A stretch of 64,000 bases of DNA, taken from the IMG/VR virus record IMGVR_UViG_3300028045_001344, positions 87,554 through 151,553 of that record; one strand, written 5' to 3'. The position numbers and the translations under genes are program-made. Under the pieces are notes generated by a model. That model was not told the origin of the DNA, searched no databases, and was given only the letters and a program-made list of their open reading frames with translations. This DNA comes from a virus. This document shows, piece after piece, positions 10,361 to 21,910 of this stretch; position 1 is the stretch's first letter; the number at the start of each line of letters is the position of its first letter.

Positions 10361-13300
10361 CTATCCTTGACCTCCGGTTGGATCAAAGGTTCCTCTATGG
10401 CTTGTTCCATCATTACTTGAGGCACCGGAGTCACCAGATTGGGCTCCTGTTCCCTCCGAGCGACTTTGATCTTGATCCGCGTTGCTAGCGCCCGTTCCTT
10501 CTGATTTACCAATGGGATCAACCTCTGTAGATGCGGGAAGAAGTTTTTTATTGAATTCTACTTCTGTATTTATTTTTCCTAGCTCCACCAAGGAATAGAA
10601 ATCGTGGGGCCAGTTGTATGAAAATTTAGTCTCAATCCTTGGTATGGGTGAGGCAAATGTTGTTTGACCAGTAGACCTAAAGTCGGGTTGGGGTTGGGGC
10701 GTGACCAATCCACCAACATCATCTGTGTTCCACTGCGTAACTTGAGAATATTCCATAGTAGCTCGTTTTTTGATTTTGAAAACAAGCCACCTCACATCAG
10801 TAGGTAGGCGTCGTTTATGAAAAAATTCATTTGAATCCAATAAAGAATGTTTGATAGTAACGTCTTCTATCTCTGCTTTTACACCAATGCTCGGTAATAC
10901 ACCTTGCCAAATATCTTGTAGGTCTACTTGATCAAGTTCCTGTTCAAATTTAAAGATATACATAACAAAAGGGTCAATCCCAGGATTTTGGACAAAATCC
11001 ATTGAAGGGGGAAGAACAAATTCATTCATCATTTTTACCATATCTGTTATTGAATTCTTTGGCAACTCTGCATTTGGTGGAGCTTCGCGATAGGGATCAA
11101 AGCGTTTTCTATCTATCGCAAATAAATTTACTTCCCCGTTGCGACCCTCATTGAGCATATTATAGAGCGAAGACATTTGGGCAGGATTTGCGGTTGATGC
11201 CATTCCGGGAAGATAGCCCGGTGTGTCGGGAATGTTGGCTTGACCTGTAAACGGTATTGCAACAACGGCTTCAGATATTTTGCGCTTTTTCGCTAATACG
11301 CCGACCTCTTTGTGTAATGAAGTTTGCCCTGAGACATTGTTGAATCCAAATGCGTTGATAAGACTTGTGCTAATCTCTACACCATCTACTATCTGTGTTG
11401 GGCTAATAATGGCTGGATCAACTTTGCTTATCCCCATCGTTACAAAATTTGAATCACCTTTGCGAACTCCGTATCCACTCCACATACCCTTTCCTAGTCG
11501 CACTGGTTGTTGATCAAGGAAGCCACTTGAAGATAAAGAGGTTGGTGGGTGTAAGCCTCCACTAACCGTCAGTGTTTGTGTCTCTTGGTTTGAGAAGTCC
11601 AATATGGGGCACTCAAACTTGCTAGAAATAATCCACCGACTTTTACCAGGGGAGTATGTATTCGTGGCAGAAATTAATTTTCCAACTCCATCATACTGTA
11701 TCTTAAGCTCGTTCTTGATTCCTTTAAGGTTTATACTATCCCCAACATTTTGAGCCATTTGATAAGCAAACGAACTCGTGCTAAATGTATCTTCAAACAC
11801 GCTAGCACTAGGGCTTGTGGTGCTTGCTACATAATTCATATTGCCCAATTTGATTTTTTCTTCAAGTTCTGTATTGACAAATTCAATTTCCATTTTCTCA
11901 AAGAATACATCAATGGGATTCGTGTTCTCGAATGCCTGTTTCGTCCATTCGTCACCAGGAGTATATTTTATTCTAGCAATTGATTTACCATAATAATAGG
12001 GTGGAGTATATGGTGCCTGTGCCGGATCAGATACATTATAGTGTGCTCCTTCTGATGCTGATGACCAGTTAAATATACTTTTCCATTTTTGAGTTGCTGG
12101 TCCAAAATATCTGCCGTCAAATGTAGAATAAGTATTATAAATGCTACGATCCACAGGTGGAGTATTTTCTGGTCCAAGTGACCAAGTGGCATATTCGCAG
12201 GGTTCATCAAAATCAGGTAGCCGACATACAGGATCTTTGGCTGTGAATTGAGAAGGAGTATAAGAAAAATCACCAGAAAATCCCGACTCGCACATTGTAA
12301 ATGGCTTAGCTTCTGTTTTTTCTAATATTACATCCATATAATAAGTCGCACCAGAAACAAAATGACAAGCCACCACTGGTGATGATTCAAAATAATTCAA
12401 TTGACCTTGATTGAATGTTTCGGGGTTCTTTGGATCTCTCAAAAAGAATCTCACACATTCTGACAAGAAGTTATTCATGGCTTGGTTATATTTACTAATT
12501 TTATTTTCTGGATTGCGACCATTCCAAGACAGCATAAAGTGTTGGTTTGGAGAATCAATGTTTTCACCCTGCGCTGAACACCCAGTAAGACCACAATCTA
12601 AATCCAATCCAAACCCACCGTCAAGGGCTTCAGGATAATCAATATGAAACGCTGCATCTACGGTGCCAGATGGCTTGCCCGGATCTTTGTGAAATAATTT
12701 ATTCATATCATAAATTGTTTCAAAGTCAATCTTACGGGCAATAGAAGGATCTTTATACACAACGGTGTTCAAGAAATCGCCGCCCGATAAATTTCCTGAA
12801 ACACTCGATGTATTAACATTTTGGAGTGTGTAGGTGTCTGAGAGGCATGTTCCCGTAACAACAGTCCACCCAACTCCAACACCAGATTTGATAGAATTGT
12901 AAACAATCCCAGGGGCAAAGAATGGCGTCGTGATCCCTTGTTTGCGAATTGAGTTCAAAGTTTCGCTGGAAGTATAATCTTCTTCAGTTGTTGCTACAAA
13001 ACAATTCGCCGCCTTGTCCCATTTATATAATTGTAAATTTCTTCCTCCAACGCTTGAAGAATAATCAAGAGCATCAGCAAACAAAGTGGACAATTGCGTA
13101 GTTCGCGACATGGGATAGAAACCGTCATAAGGTAATAATTTTTTAATCCCCTTACAGGTTAGACTAAGTGAACCCACAGACATCCAACCCTCACTGTCTT
13201 CTTGTTGGTCCATTAGAAGATCAAATTCTTTTAAGAAGTCGGAATTAGAATACTCTCTAATAAAATCTAAATTTAGCGCACCATCGGCGCTTACACTGCT

Positions 13301-16300
13301 TGTTGTCTTGCCTCCTGGTAGTTCCAAGAAATCAGTGTGTGTGGCATAGGGATTCTCTTTTGCCATCATAGAAGACATTCTAAATTCAGGCATAATAGAA
13401 TAGTCTTTACCCATTACACGAATATCTTGTGCATATTCGTCATAAGAATTATAAGAAGGATATCTCAGTGATGGTGTTCCAGCGGAATTCGTGACCAAAC
13501 CCATATCAACCATTCTTTTGCGTTCATTTGTCACATTCCACATCAGCCCATAATCTTTATATATTCCACCAGAACTAGTATAATAGCCTGTATCATTTGT
13601 AATAAATCCAGCCGGATAAGTATATGAAATAGAAGCTGTCCAGTATGAAGATTCTGGGCAACTCTGTTCATAATTGGTTTCAAAATTTGTCATTGAAGCA
13701 GACTTATAATATGCAGTGTCGGCGACATCGGAACCCGAGAAATCGACCACCGCATAATACGATTGGTTAAGTGCAACACAAGATTGTGTAAGATCTAATA
13801 TTGGACCACCATCAACTGAAGTGTCGTTGTAATGTAATGTGTTCACGTCCTCGCGATGAAAAGTTTCCCAACACGAACCCGTGTTTCTTTGAAAAAGAAT
13901 TTCTCTTTGAAGGTTGACTTGAACAGAGGTGTATGGTAATCCTGTTACAGAACTTGTAATTTGATCATTCCAGTTTCGCATAATTCTGTAGCGATCTGTT
14001 TCCGGGTCTAATGTTCCAGGTCCAGAGTCAGAGTCAGACTTAAATCGACAAACGTTGTTGCCATTATGCGAGGTCTTTATAGAAGCTACGCTACTTGACA
14101 CCCAAGCGGAATAAGACCAGAGCCCAACGTCGTAGGCATTTTCAGTTTGATCCGGGGCTCCTACCATAATTGAGAATGTCATTGTGTAATCATTCGAACC
14201 CGTCACCACACTTGTGCAGACAGTATCGCATGTTGCGCCCAAGGTGGCTAAACACGCAGAAGAAGTCGAGGCAAGATAAGTGGAGCCCGATGGCTGAAGA
14301 CCCATTCTCATACACCAAAAGCGCACAAGAGGCGTTGGTCCCCCTGGGGGAACGATAGTTCCCGAAGGTTGAAAAGTGTAGTGCCCTATGTTGCCAACTG
14401 TGTATAAAGTATAAATGCCGGTGGTGAAATCGCAACCATAGCATCCCTCCGATCCAGTTCCACCAGGACAAGAAGCGGAGCCAAGATATGTTTGAGCAGA
14501 AGAAGTATCCCAAAAGCCATGGTTCCAGCCACAACACCACGGACCTATGCCGATCCCATTCCACTTATAGTCAATAGTTTGAGCGCCGCAGGAGGTATCG
14601 GTAAAATTAATATATCCACTCGAAGCAGTTATTGGGCAAGTCACATTTCCAACGTGGTTATTACCTGAGAGATATAGTGAAGATGATGGAATAATTTCAC
14701 CATTAAAAACACTAATCAAGTTATCATAATTTAATCTTGTAAGTTCTCCAAAATCGCCGCCTGTCTTCGAAGTATAAGTTGTTGCCAAGATTAGTGTGTC
14801 TGAAGAAGCTGTATTGTGAAAAGTTTTGTTGGTTCCCATTGGCCAGATGCTACTTGCCCAGCCATCAGTGTATCCCAATGAAGATGAAAGAGTTGTTCGA
14901 AAATCAAAATTACCAGTAAGAAGATTTCCGTTATCTCCGAATTCTTGAAGGGTTTCAAGTTTTCTGTTTCTGGTCAACCAATCATCTTTCCAGAAAGTTC
15001 TTCGGTATGTAGAATTTCGATCTATCCCGTTTGAACCATAAGATGCGATTGCGAACCCGTTGAAATCAACTGATGCTGTTTCCGAATAATTTGTGCGACC
15101 TCGGTTTTCCGCTAGTCCTGTATAAATCTGTCTTGGGTAGTTCCATTCAGAGTATTTAAGAAACTTGAATTTATCAGGATTGCGCTGATATTGCTGTCGC
15201 AAAAGATCGTGCATTTGTGTTTGAGGTGTGCGACCAAAGCGGCGTGTTTGAGTATTGTAATCACCAAGCCCTAAATCTTCAGTAAGCCCATAGTTAGCAC
15301 AAAACGAAAGATTGTTGCTAAATGTGTTTCTTATCATAACTGGTGGTATCGAATTTCTCGCAACTCCATCAGCCAATGATGGATTTTGATTTATCAATCC
15401 AGTAGTTAAGGGATTGTATTTGAATGTAACTGGGGGCTCTGTATAGTAAGCTGTTGATCCCGAATCTTTATACCAATTTGGTGTCTCGGGGAAGCTTGAG
15501 TCAGCGGCGAAAATAGCTGCTTTTTCTAAGGGAGTTAGCAATATTTTGTCTTTGGAACCCACCGTAATGATATTGTTATTTTTTTGATAGCGGGCAATTG
15601 ATGTTTCACCAGTCCTTATTTGTTTCCAAGAAGGATATTGATAGGGTCCATCGCGATGTAATAATAAAGCGTGAAGCATATCTCTGGCTGGATTGATGCG
15701 AGGGCACAAATAAGCAAATGCGCGGTTTTCATAATCGCTGTCCGAAGAACTTAAGAGATTTTGTGATTCGACAATCGGATCATTGATATATGTGTTAAGA
15801 CCTACAAAATCTAAAGAAGCGGTGAAGCCGCCAGTCGAAGCAGTATATTCACATGGAACATCAGGCACATCTAACACAATAGACGTATATTTTGCTTGTG
15901 AATAAGCATTATAAATTGGTGTGGCCAAGCTATAAACATCTGCTATATACCCACCCAAAGAAGAATTAACACTATCGCCAAATGTATCACCCATTCTCCA
16001 CCAAGATTGTAGGGCATTCTCGGCTGTGTCGGGAAGGATTGATAAATCATTTGGGCATCCTCCATTATATATCTCGTGTATTGATGCCGATGTTAACGTG
16101 GAATACCAAAAACTAATTTCATCTAAGGCTCCCGAATGAAAATTATAATAATTGTTATAATTAACTGGCTTATCTTTTTGAGCCCCAATAAACGTGCTGG
16201 AAGACACAGTAGTGGTTCGGCCGGAGGCTATATAAGATGTGGGCGGATCTTCATATCCATCAATATAAACATTCAAGTTCCAATCATAGGGTGGGAAGAC

Positions 16301-19300
16301 CGGAGTTGAAGTATTAAACGTAGCTACAATATGGTGCCAGGTGCCGCTAACAATACCGGGCAACCCAACCGACGAAGTATGTTGGCGTATTGTTCCGCCA
16401 GAGTCAGTATCCATAACCTCAAAGATAATCTGATTTCGCGCAGCCGCAGCAGACGCAGTTTGTGATCCAATGTATAGCCGCCAATCACAGTCACCCTTAT
16501 CGACAGCTACACCACCAGTTGACTTCCATCTCGACATCAATACTCGGGGATGATCGTGGCTTGATGTAACCATCATCCAGAGAGAAATTGAGAAATCTCC
16601 CGTTGCGCCATCGGGACCGAAAACACCGGGAATAGAGGGGGTGACAGAAGATACTGTGCCCGGTTCTAAATAACCAATTGTCAGTGGATCTCCTTTCGCA
16701 TTTGTAAAATTTACAGAAGATGAATTAAAGAACCCGCCATGTGGATCACACGATGGATAATGAGGCACCCAGGAACTACCATCCCAATCTAACAAATTAG
16801 ATCGAAACGCATATGCCGAACCGGATGGAGTGAATTGAACCATCGGTGCGTTCGTTGAGAGTGCTCCGCTTGGAACAGTAAAATTAGAACGACCACCATC
16901 ACCTGATCCAAGCAAACCAAATGGTTGGGCTTTTGTATTATCATAAGAGGCGTTTATCCACGAATATTGTAACTCACTTCTTGGAATTTGATGTTGAACA
17001 AACCAGTTATCGTATTGAATACTTGTTGTTAATTCAGTCGAAGAGGTTCCAACTAAGGCACCCAAAGTTTTTGGATTTCTATTGACTTTAAAATATGCGC
17101 CTATTGTGCCGGTGTAACAACAAGCCCTCACAGCATGTTGTTCGGGGGTTGTGCCGTCTCCTGGGCTTCCAGTGGGATCAATTCCAAATGGACCACAATG
17201 TTCCATAGACCACTCGTTAAGAGGCGCACGAACAACCATGTTCCTTTGATTGAGTTCGTTGCGGATTGCATATTCTTCTGCATATAAATCTAGAACACCA
17301 CGCGAACTAACATCAGGTCCACCAGGGGCATTAAATCTTTCTACAAAGATATTTTTTGTTGCGCCGTATTTGCTGAAGTCTGGGAGTTTATAATCTACAA
17401 GTCCAACAACCCACGGCGAAGCAGCATACTCTGGAATAAAGCCACCATTCTTAACAAAGAATCTGTTATTTAATTTTCGCCCTGAAGTTTGTAGGACTTC
17501 ATATTCGTGAGAATAGTTTCCAATAATGGTTGATCCGGTTGTTTGTTTTATGTTGCGAATGTTTACTGGACGCTTAGCCAAAGGTTCTCGCAAAATTGTT
17601 GAACGGGCTTGGTGGGTTGTGCGGGGTGTTATTTCCAAATCGGAACCATCAAAACCTAGGTTCCAAGCTTCTGGTCTGCACTCAGCGGCTAAAGAACCAG
17701 TCGCAAGTGATCCGGTTGATGGCGAACAATTTGTGTTTGGAAAAGGAACATGCCTGTGAACCCAGCCACCCACATACTTTTCAGTAAACGGACCTTGGGC
17801 TGGAATTTCATAGTCACCACCATATACATCATTGTGATAATTTCTGAGGTCGATCTGTTTCGGTGTGGCTCCCATTGGTGGAATTGCGCTAGCATATCCC
17901 GTTGTCACCGAGGAACTGTATAAATCAAAAGGAGCAAAAATGTCTCCATCACCCGAAGCATAACTAATCGGATTATTAGTGAGTTTATAACGAAGCTTTA
18001 CTTTATCATTCGGATTAATAATATCATCACAATCAATATCATCTTCAACTTGAGAAGAACTAATAGTTAGTTGTGTTGATGTTCCAAACGGTAGTTCTGT
18101 GTGAGCATACTGAAGATTTTTTATTTTTGATACATTCGTTCCGCCTTTTAGTTCGGGCATTATTTTTGTTTTAAAACGATAGGGTTTTGTAAAGTTCTTC
18201 AGGGCATATGTACTTCCCTCATATTGTACGGGTGTCACGCCCGCGATATCTGTTAAAGTGGGTGGCGTAGAATTTGGTCGCCAATCATTAGCCTCGCGAA
18301 ACGTATTTCTCTGTGAATCAATAATAGGATCACCAGAAGAAAATGTTTCGGCTTCCGCTCTTTCGTGTGCCCATACGCAGCTAGAAGTTTGGTTCAAAGG
18401 AATTGGAGCTTTGCCACGCTTATAGGGATACATCATTTCATTAATGCCGTATAGACCTGCTTCTGGATCTTTAGCCTTCATCTCTAGTGTGGGAAACTTA
18501 TTCCAGTATTTATTTCTTTCTAAAACATGACTCTCGATCATAGAGAATACTTTGGGAGAAAAATTAGCACTTGCGGGGAATAGTTGTGTTACCATCTTTC
18601 CCATTGAATCATCAATCCATTTAAAATAATCAACAAATTTTTCAAAATCCATTGTGGAGTTCTGAACTCTCTCGAAAAATAGTTGCCGCATTTTTTCAAG
18701 CGACTTGTAATCTTGACGATATCTATTGACCGGCTCGCCAATCAAATTATTGAAATCAATAACGGTGGCAAAGAGTTTTATCATTTCCGCAGAAATGATT
18801 GCATTCATACTTTTTTCAATAGTAAAGAAGAATCTTATTGGTCTAGTATCTCTAGTAAAAATTTCGATATCTTCATCATTACGAATTTGAACCATGTCAG
18901 AACTATTAATAACTTCGGGCGAGTCTTGCTTTGCGGTATATACAAACTCACGGATGGTGGCATCTGCGTTGCTTGCGGGAAACGAAAACCCCTTTCCGGG
19001 GTGTTTGATTTTTACAAGATCACCATAATCACCATAAGGAGCCGCAGCAGAAGTTGAGCCAGAAGAAAAATCTCCAACAAAAAATTCACCTAGAGCATCG
19101 GAGCCAGTGACTTGAGCGAAATCCCACTGAAGCGCCAAGGTTTCTATTTCAGGAACCTTAGTGACTTCTTCTGAAAAGAGATTACCGGGCTGGTTAAGAA
19201 AAGTATTTTCTCCGGGATGCTTACGACCAAAGTTGGAAGGATCTTTTGCATGAGCTAATATTGTAGAATCTTCTAAGTAATCCATCCAATATCGAACAGA

Positions 19301-21904
19301 AGATATTTTGGTATCAGATCTTTCTAAAACCGAACCAGTGAAATTAGTTCTATGAGCACCAACGTACATTCTCTTAGAAGATGATAAAAAGCTTTGACCG
19401 TCTGCGTATGACATAGTCCCGGTAATTCGAAATGAATTATCAGTGGAATCTAAGATATTATTATAACCTATAAATTCTACATCATAGGTGGTAGGAGTGG
19501 AGCCTAGAACAACATTGGGCCACTGGTAGTTTGTTGGCTTTACTTTTACTGCTATGTTCCACCTAGAGTTTTCATATACATCCTTTTGTAGACTACTGGT
19601 AAGTGTTGGGAAAACTCCGCCAGTGCTACTTGAAAGCATAAACTTGGCATCTTTATCATTTGCGGCTGGGCGAATTGCATATATTTGAAAGTTAGCAGTA
19701 TCCGGGGATAGCCAGGTCAGATCAGATTCCGTAGCACTTGGCGTGTGACAGCCACCCAAAGAGGAAGTAAGGAATGGGGTAGACCACCAGGAAATATTGT
19801 CAGGAGATACCTGCTTCGGAAAAAGAGATTCTAATTGAAAAGTCTGACCACGATAAATTTGATCAGCAGAAGAAGATATATAAGATAGTGATGAAGCATC
19901 CGATGTGCTTGATGTTTGAAAAACAGTAGCTTCCCAACTAGAAGTAGTATTAAAATTTGCGTATTCTTTACGAGTTATAGTAGATACATAATTTTCTTTA
20001 ATGTCATAAGTTACTTCATCTCCATAAAGATTTAGTTTGATTAATTCTTCGCCTACCCCATAACACCGTATTAGGTTACGAATAGATTTTTCTGCGCCTT
20101 TGGATTTGAAGATATAAACCAAATTATTATAGATGTTCTTGTAGATTCTATTTTTTGTATCATCCAGTTTTTCTGCAAAATTAAGAACATCATCACGATT
20201 TGCCAATGATTCTAATTCGGCAGCGTCAGCAAATAATTCTCCCACTGAAAGACCTGATGATTCTAAAAGCCTGTCCGCAAATGGAAGTGGCTTAAAACTA
20301 GAACTGATATAATCTACATCCTTAAGTCTGGGCAATCTTTCAGTTTGAAGCTGCAAAATATCAAAATAACTTCCCATCACTTGAATGAGTTTTAAAAGGG
20401 TGTGACGATCATTTACTGCGTCATCATCTCTGATCCAGCCTGGTAAGGAATTATAAATGGACGCATTATTATTTATATCATAATTGAACCCTTGCAATAG
20501 CAAATTTTCCAATGCCGCTGATACCAGTGGGTTGTATGAATATAAAATCGGATCTTTGAATTCTACTAAAGACGCACTAGATTCTACCATAGCAGAACCA
20601 GTATCTCGTGAGCCAATATTGTACCCCGTCCAAGCACCATTTGTTATACGACCAGAATAATCTAAAATTATTGCATCTGTATTTTCGACTGAAGCTGTAT
20701 TGATAATACCTTCGTTGAATTTGTAATAAACACCCAAATCAACGGGATTACTATAACTATATTTTGTGGGAGCATACCAATTTTCAGAAACATCGGTATT
20801 TGTTCCGCCGCCAACTTGCGTAAACCAATATTGACCAATCTGTTCAGAACTTCGTTTTGTTTTCCAAAACCTAAACTCATCCATGGAACCTGAAAGTTTT
20901 GCAAAGCCCAAGCCGCCCGTAACGGGTGTGTCTATGGTGGTGCCCATAGCGCCAATCCAACCCAGCATAGAGCCAGTAATTTCGCCAATACTTCCAGTAG
21001 ATATTGTGTCGTTGAGTTCACCATTGAGATAAAGTTTAGCTTCTAAATTTGCCCCATTATTGACAAAAGTAAAGGCATAGTGATTCCAAGTAGAACCAGT
21101 AAGATCAATGTTTTGACCGAGCTGCCCAAGATTAGAATCCAAAAACCCACCGGCAGTTCCCGACTGAAAGGCAACTGAAAACTGATGAGGCGTAATACTA
21201 AAATCACATTCAACACGAAAACGACCATAAGTGCCGCCAAGAGATGCACTATTCCATATATCAACAAATATCTGCTTGTCAGACTCAACCGGATCTCCGG
21301 TCCATCCATTCTTCTTGAACCAAAATTCTGCTGTGTTTCCAGCGGCGGCATTGAGTTCTAAATTAGATTGTTGATTAGTATCTTCGTCATAATAGTTGGC
21401 ATCAGGAACAGCACCTTGATGAGAATCAAAATATTGCGACAAAGAAGCATTAGGCACATTAGATGGATGAGGACCACCTTTGAAAGAAATATATTCATCT
21501 ACGGTAGGGGCTTCATAGCCACTAACACCACCCGGACCAACTCCACCATAATTTACACCAAGGTTTATATAGCCGGTTGTTCGGGGATATTCATTATCGT
21601 AAATATATTTATCAAAAGACGAACCACCATATAGCCACTCGGTTTGCTCTTTTTTGGAGCCATCATAAGGAAACTCGTTTCCAATATATGAGAAGGCATC
21701 AGTATAATATTGTTGTGCTGAGCCATACCGGGAAAAGTTGGCTGGCTCCGAAAAATCTATTTGTAAATCTACTTGATTCTTTAATTTAATAGTAGAATTA
21801 ACCCAGTCAGCGCCCTCGCCTTCGGGAGCCAAATCGTTCAGGCTTTTAGAAGCAAGAACTTTCTGGTTTTTATATAATTCAAATAGATCTTTAATATTCG
21901 ACAT
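10361..21904 (-). CDS. Giant baseplate-wedge/tail protein with two LamG (ConA-like) domains
   Basis: 3847 aa. LamG signatures at ~20820-21360 (TAEFW..WNHYAF..LYLNG..GSMDEFRFW) and ~15990-16600 (FSISLW..WHHIVAT..VYIDG..GALDEISFW). P2 gpI/T4 gp7-like motif KSKGAEKSIRNLIRCYG at ~20060-20110. Confidence 0.7.
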   Translation of the reverse strand: MSNIKDLFELYKNQKVLASKSLNDLAPEGEGADWVNSTIKLKNQVDLQIDFSEPANFSRYGSAQQYYTDAFSYIGNEFPYDGSKKEQTEWLYGGSSFDKYIYDNEYPRTTGYINLGVNYGGVGPGGVSGYEAPTVDEYISFKGGPHPSNVPNASLSQYFDSHQGAVPDANYYDEDTNQQSNLELNAAAGNTAEFWFKKNGWTGDPVESDKQIFVDIWNSASLGGTYGRFRVECDFSITPHQFSVAFQSGTAGGFLDSNLGQLGQNIDLTGSTWNHYAFTFVNNGANLEAKLYLNGELNDTISTGSIGEITGSMLGWIGAMGTTIDTPVTGGLGFAKLSGSMDEFRFWKTKRSSEQIGQYWFTQVGGGTNTDVSENWYAPTKYSYSNPVDLGVYYKFNEGIINTASVENTDAIILDYSGRITNGAWTGYNIGSRDTGSAMVESSASLVEFKDPILYSYNPLVSAALENLLLQGFNYDINNNASIYNSLPGWIRDDDAVNDRHTLLKLIQVMGSYFDILQLQTERLPRLKDVDYISSSFKPLPFADRLLESSGLSVGELFADAAELESLANRDDVLNFAEKLDDTKNRIYKNIYNNLVYIFKSKGAEKSIRNLIRCYGVGEELIKLNLYGDEVTYDIKENYVSTITRKEYANFNTTSSWEATVFQTSSTSDASSLSYISSSADQIYRGQTFQLESLFPKQVSPDNISWWSTPFLTSSLGGCHTPSATESDLTWLSPDTANFQIYAIRPAANDKDAKFMLSSSTGGVFPTLTSSLQKDVYENSRWNIAVKVKPTNYQWPNVVLGSTPTTYDVEFIGYNNILDSTDNSFRITGTMSYADGQSFLSSSKRMYVGAHRTNFTGSVLERSDTKISSVRYWMDYLEDSTILAHAKDPSNFGRKHPGENTFLNQPGNLFSEEVTKVPEIETLALQWDFAQVTGSDALGEFFVGDFSSGSTSAAAPYGDYGDLVKIKHPGKGFSFPASNADATIREFVYTAKQDSPEVINSSDMVQIRNDEDIEIFTRDTRPIRFFFTIEKSMNAIISAEMIKLFATVIDFNNLIGEPVNRYRQDYKSLEKMRQLFFERVQNSTMDFEKFVDYFKWIDDSMGKMVTQLFPASANFSPKVFSMIESHVLERNKYWNKFPTLEMKAKDPEAGLYGINEMMYPYKRGKAPIPLNQTSSCVWAHERAEAETFSSGDPIIDSQRNTFREANDWRPNSTPPTLTDIAGVTPVQYEGSTYALKNFTKPYRFKTKIMPELKGGTNVSKIKNLQYAHTELPFGTSTQLTISSSQVEDDIDCDDIINPNDKVKLRYKLTNNPISYASGDGDIFAPFDLYSSSVTTGYASAIPPMGATPKQIDLRNYHNDVYGGDYEIPAQGPFTEKYVGGWVHRHVPFPNTNCSPSTGSLATGSLAAECRPEAWNLGFDGSDLEITPRTTHQARSTILREPLAKRPVNIRNIKQTTGSTIIGNYSHEYEVLQTSGRKLNNRFFVKNGGFIPEYAASPWVVGLVDYKLPDFSKYGATKNIFVERFNAPGGPDVSSRGVLDLYAEEYAIRNELNQRNMVVRAPLNEWSMEHCGPFGIDPTGSPGDGTTPEQHAVRACCYTGTIGAYFKVNRNPKTLGALVGTSSTELTTSIQYDNWFVQHQIPRSELQYSWINASYDNTKAQPFGLLGSGDGGRSNFTVPSGALSTNAPMVQFTPSGSAYAFRSNLLDWDGSSWVPHYPSCDPHGGFFNSSSVNFTNAKGDPLTIGYLEPGTVSSVTPSIPGVFGPDGATGDFSISLWMMVTSSHDHPRVLMSRWKSTGGVAVDKGDCDWRLYIGSQTASAAAARNQIIFEVMDTDSGGTIRQHTSSVGLPGIVSGTWHHIVATFNTSTPVFPPYDWNLNVYIDGYEDPPTSYIASGRTTTVSSSTFIGAQKDKPVNYNNYYNFHSGALDEISFWYSTLTSASIHEIYNGGCPNDLSILPDTAENALQSWWRMGDTFGDSVNSSLGGYIADVYSLATPIYNAYSQAKYTSIVLDVPDVPCEYTASTGGFTASLDFVGLNTYINDPIVESQNLLSSSDSDYENRAFAYLCPRINPARDMLHALLLHRDGPYQYPSWKQIRTGETSIARYQKNNNIITVGSKDKILLTPLEKAAIFAADSSFPETPNWYKDSGSTAYYTEPPVTFKYNPLTTGLINQNPSLADGVARNSIPPVMIRNTFSNNLSFCANYGLTEDLGLGDYNTQTRRFGRTPQTQMHDLLRQQYQRNPDKFKFLKYSEWNYPRQIYTGLAENRGRTNYSETASVDFNGFAIASYGSNGIDRNSTYRRTFWKDDWLTRNRKLETLQEFGDNGNLLTGNFDFRTTLSSSLGYTDGWASSIWPMGTNKTFHNTASSDTLILATTYTSKTGGDFGELTRLNYDNLISVFNGEIIPSSSLYLSGNNHVGNVTCPITASSGYINFTDTSCGAQTIDYKWNGIGIGPWCCGWNHGFWDTSSAQTYLGSASCPGGTGSEGCYGCDFTTGIYTLYTVGNIGHYTFQPSGTIVPPGGPTPLVRFWCMRMGLQPSGSTYLASTSSACLATLGATCDTVCTSVVTGSNDYTMTFSIMVGAPDQTENAYDVGLWSYSAWVSSSVASIKTSHNGNNVCRFKSDSDSGPGTLDPETDRYRIMRNWNDQITSSVTGLPYTSVQVNLQREILFQRNTGSCWETFHREDVNTLHYNDTSVDGGPILDLTQSCVALNQSYYAVVDFSGSDVADTAYYKSASMTNFETNYEQSCPESSYWTASISYTYPAGFITNDTGYYTSSGGIYKDYGLMWNVTNERKRMVDMGLVTNSAGTPSLRYPSYNSYDEYAQDIRVMGKDYSIMPEFRMSSMMAKENPYATHTDFLELPGGKTTSSVSADGALNLDFIREYSNSDFLKEFDLLMDQQEDSEGWMSVGSLSLTCKGIKKLLPYDGFYPMSRTTQLSTLFADALDYSSSVGGRNLQLYKWDKAANCFVATTEEDYTSSETLNSIRKQGITTPFFAPGIVYNSIKSGVGVGWTVVTGTCLSDTYTLQNVNTSSVSGNLSGGDFLNTVVYKDPSIARKIDFETIYDMNKLFHKDPGKPSGTVDAAFHIDYPEALDGGFGLDLDCGLTGCSAQGENIDSPNQHFMLSWNGRNPENKISKYNQAMNNFLSECVRFFLRDPKNPETFNQGQLNYFESSPVVACHFVSGATYYMDVILEKTEAKPFTMCESGFSGDFSYTPSQFTAKDPVCRLPDFDEPCEYATWSLGPENTPPVDRSIYNTYSTFDGRYFGPATQKWKSIFNWSSASEGAHYNVSDPAQAPYTPPYYYGKSIARIKYTPGDEWTKQAFENTNPIDVFFEKMEIEFVNTELEEKIKLGNMNYVASTTSPSASVFEDTFSTSSFAYQMAQNVGDSINLKGIKNELKIQYDGVGKLISATNTYSPGKSRWIISSKFECPILDFSNQETQTLTVSGGLHPPTSLSSSGFLDQQPVRLGKGMWSGYGVRKGDSNFVTMGISKVDPAIISPTQIVDGVEISTSLINAFGFNNVSGQTSLHKEVGVLAKKRKISEAVVAIPFTGQANIPDTPGYLPGMASTANPAQMSSLYNMLNEGRNGEVNLFAIDRKRFDPYREAPPNAELPKNSITDMVKMMNEFVLPPSMDFVQNPGIDPFVMYIFKFEQELDQVDLQDIWQGVLPSIGVKAEIEDVTIKHSLLDSNEFFHKRRLPTDVRWLVFKIKKRATMEYSQVTQWNTDDVGGLVTPQPQPDFRSTGQTTFASPIPRIETKFSYNWPHDFYSLVELGKINTEVEFNKKLLPASTEVDPIGKSEGTGASNADQDQSRSEGTGAQSGDSGASSNDGTSHRGTFDPTGGQG

Positions 21905-21910
21905 AATGAC

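Noticed and set aside
10361-21904. Intein or diversity-generating retroelement target in the giant protein
   Set aside because: No intein splice-junction or LAGLIDADG motifs were recognised, and no reverse transcriptase or adenine-variant repeat pair was seen.
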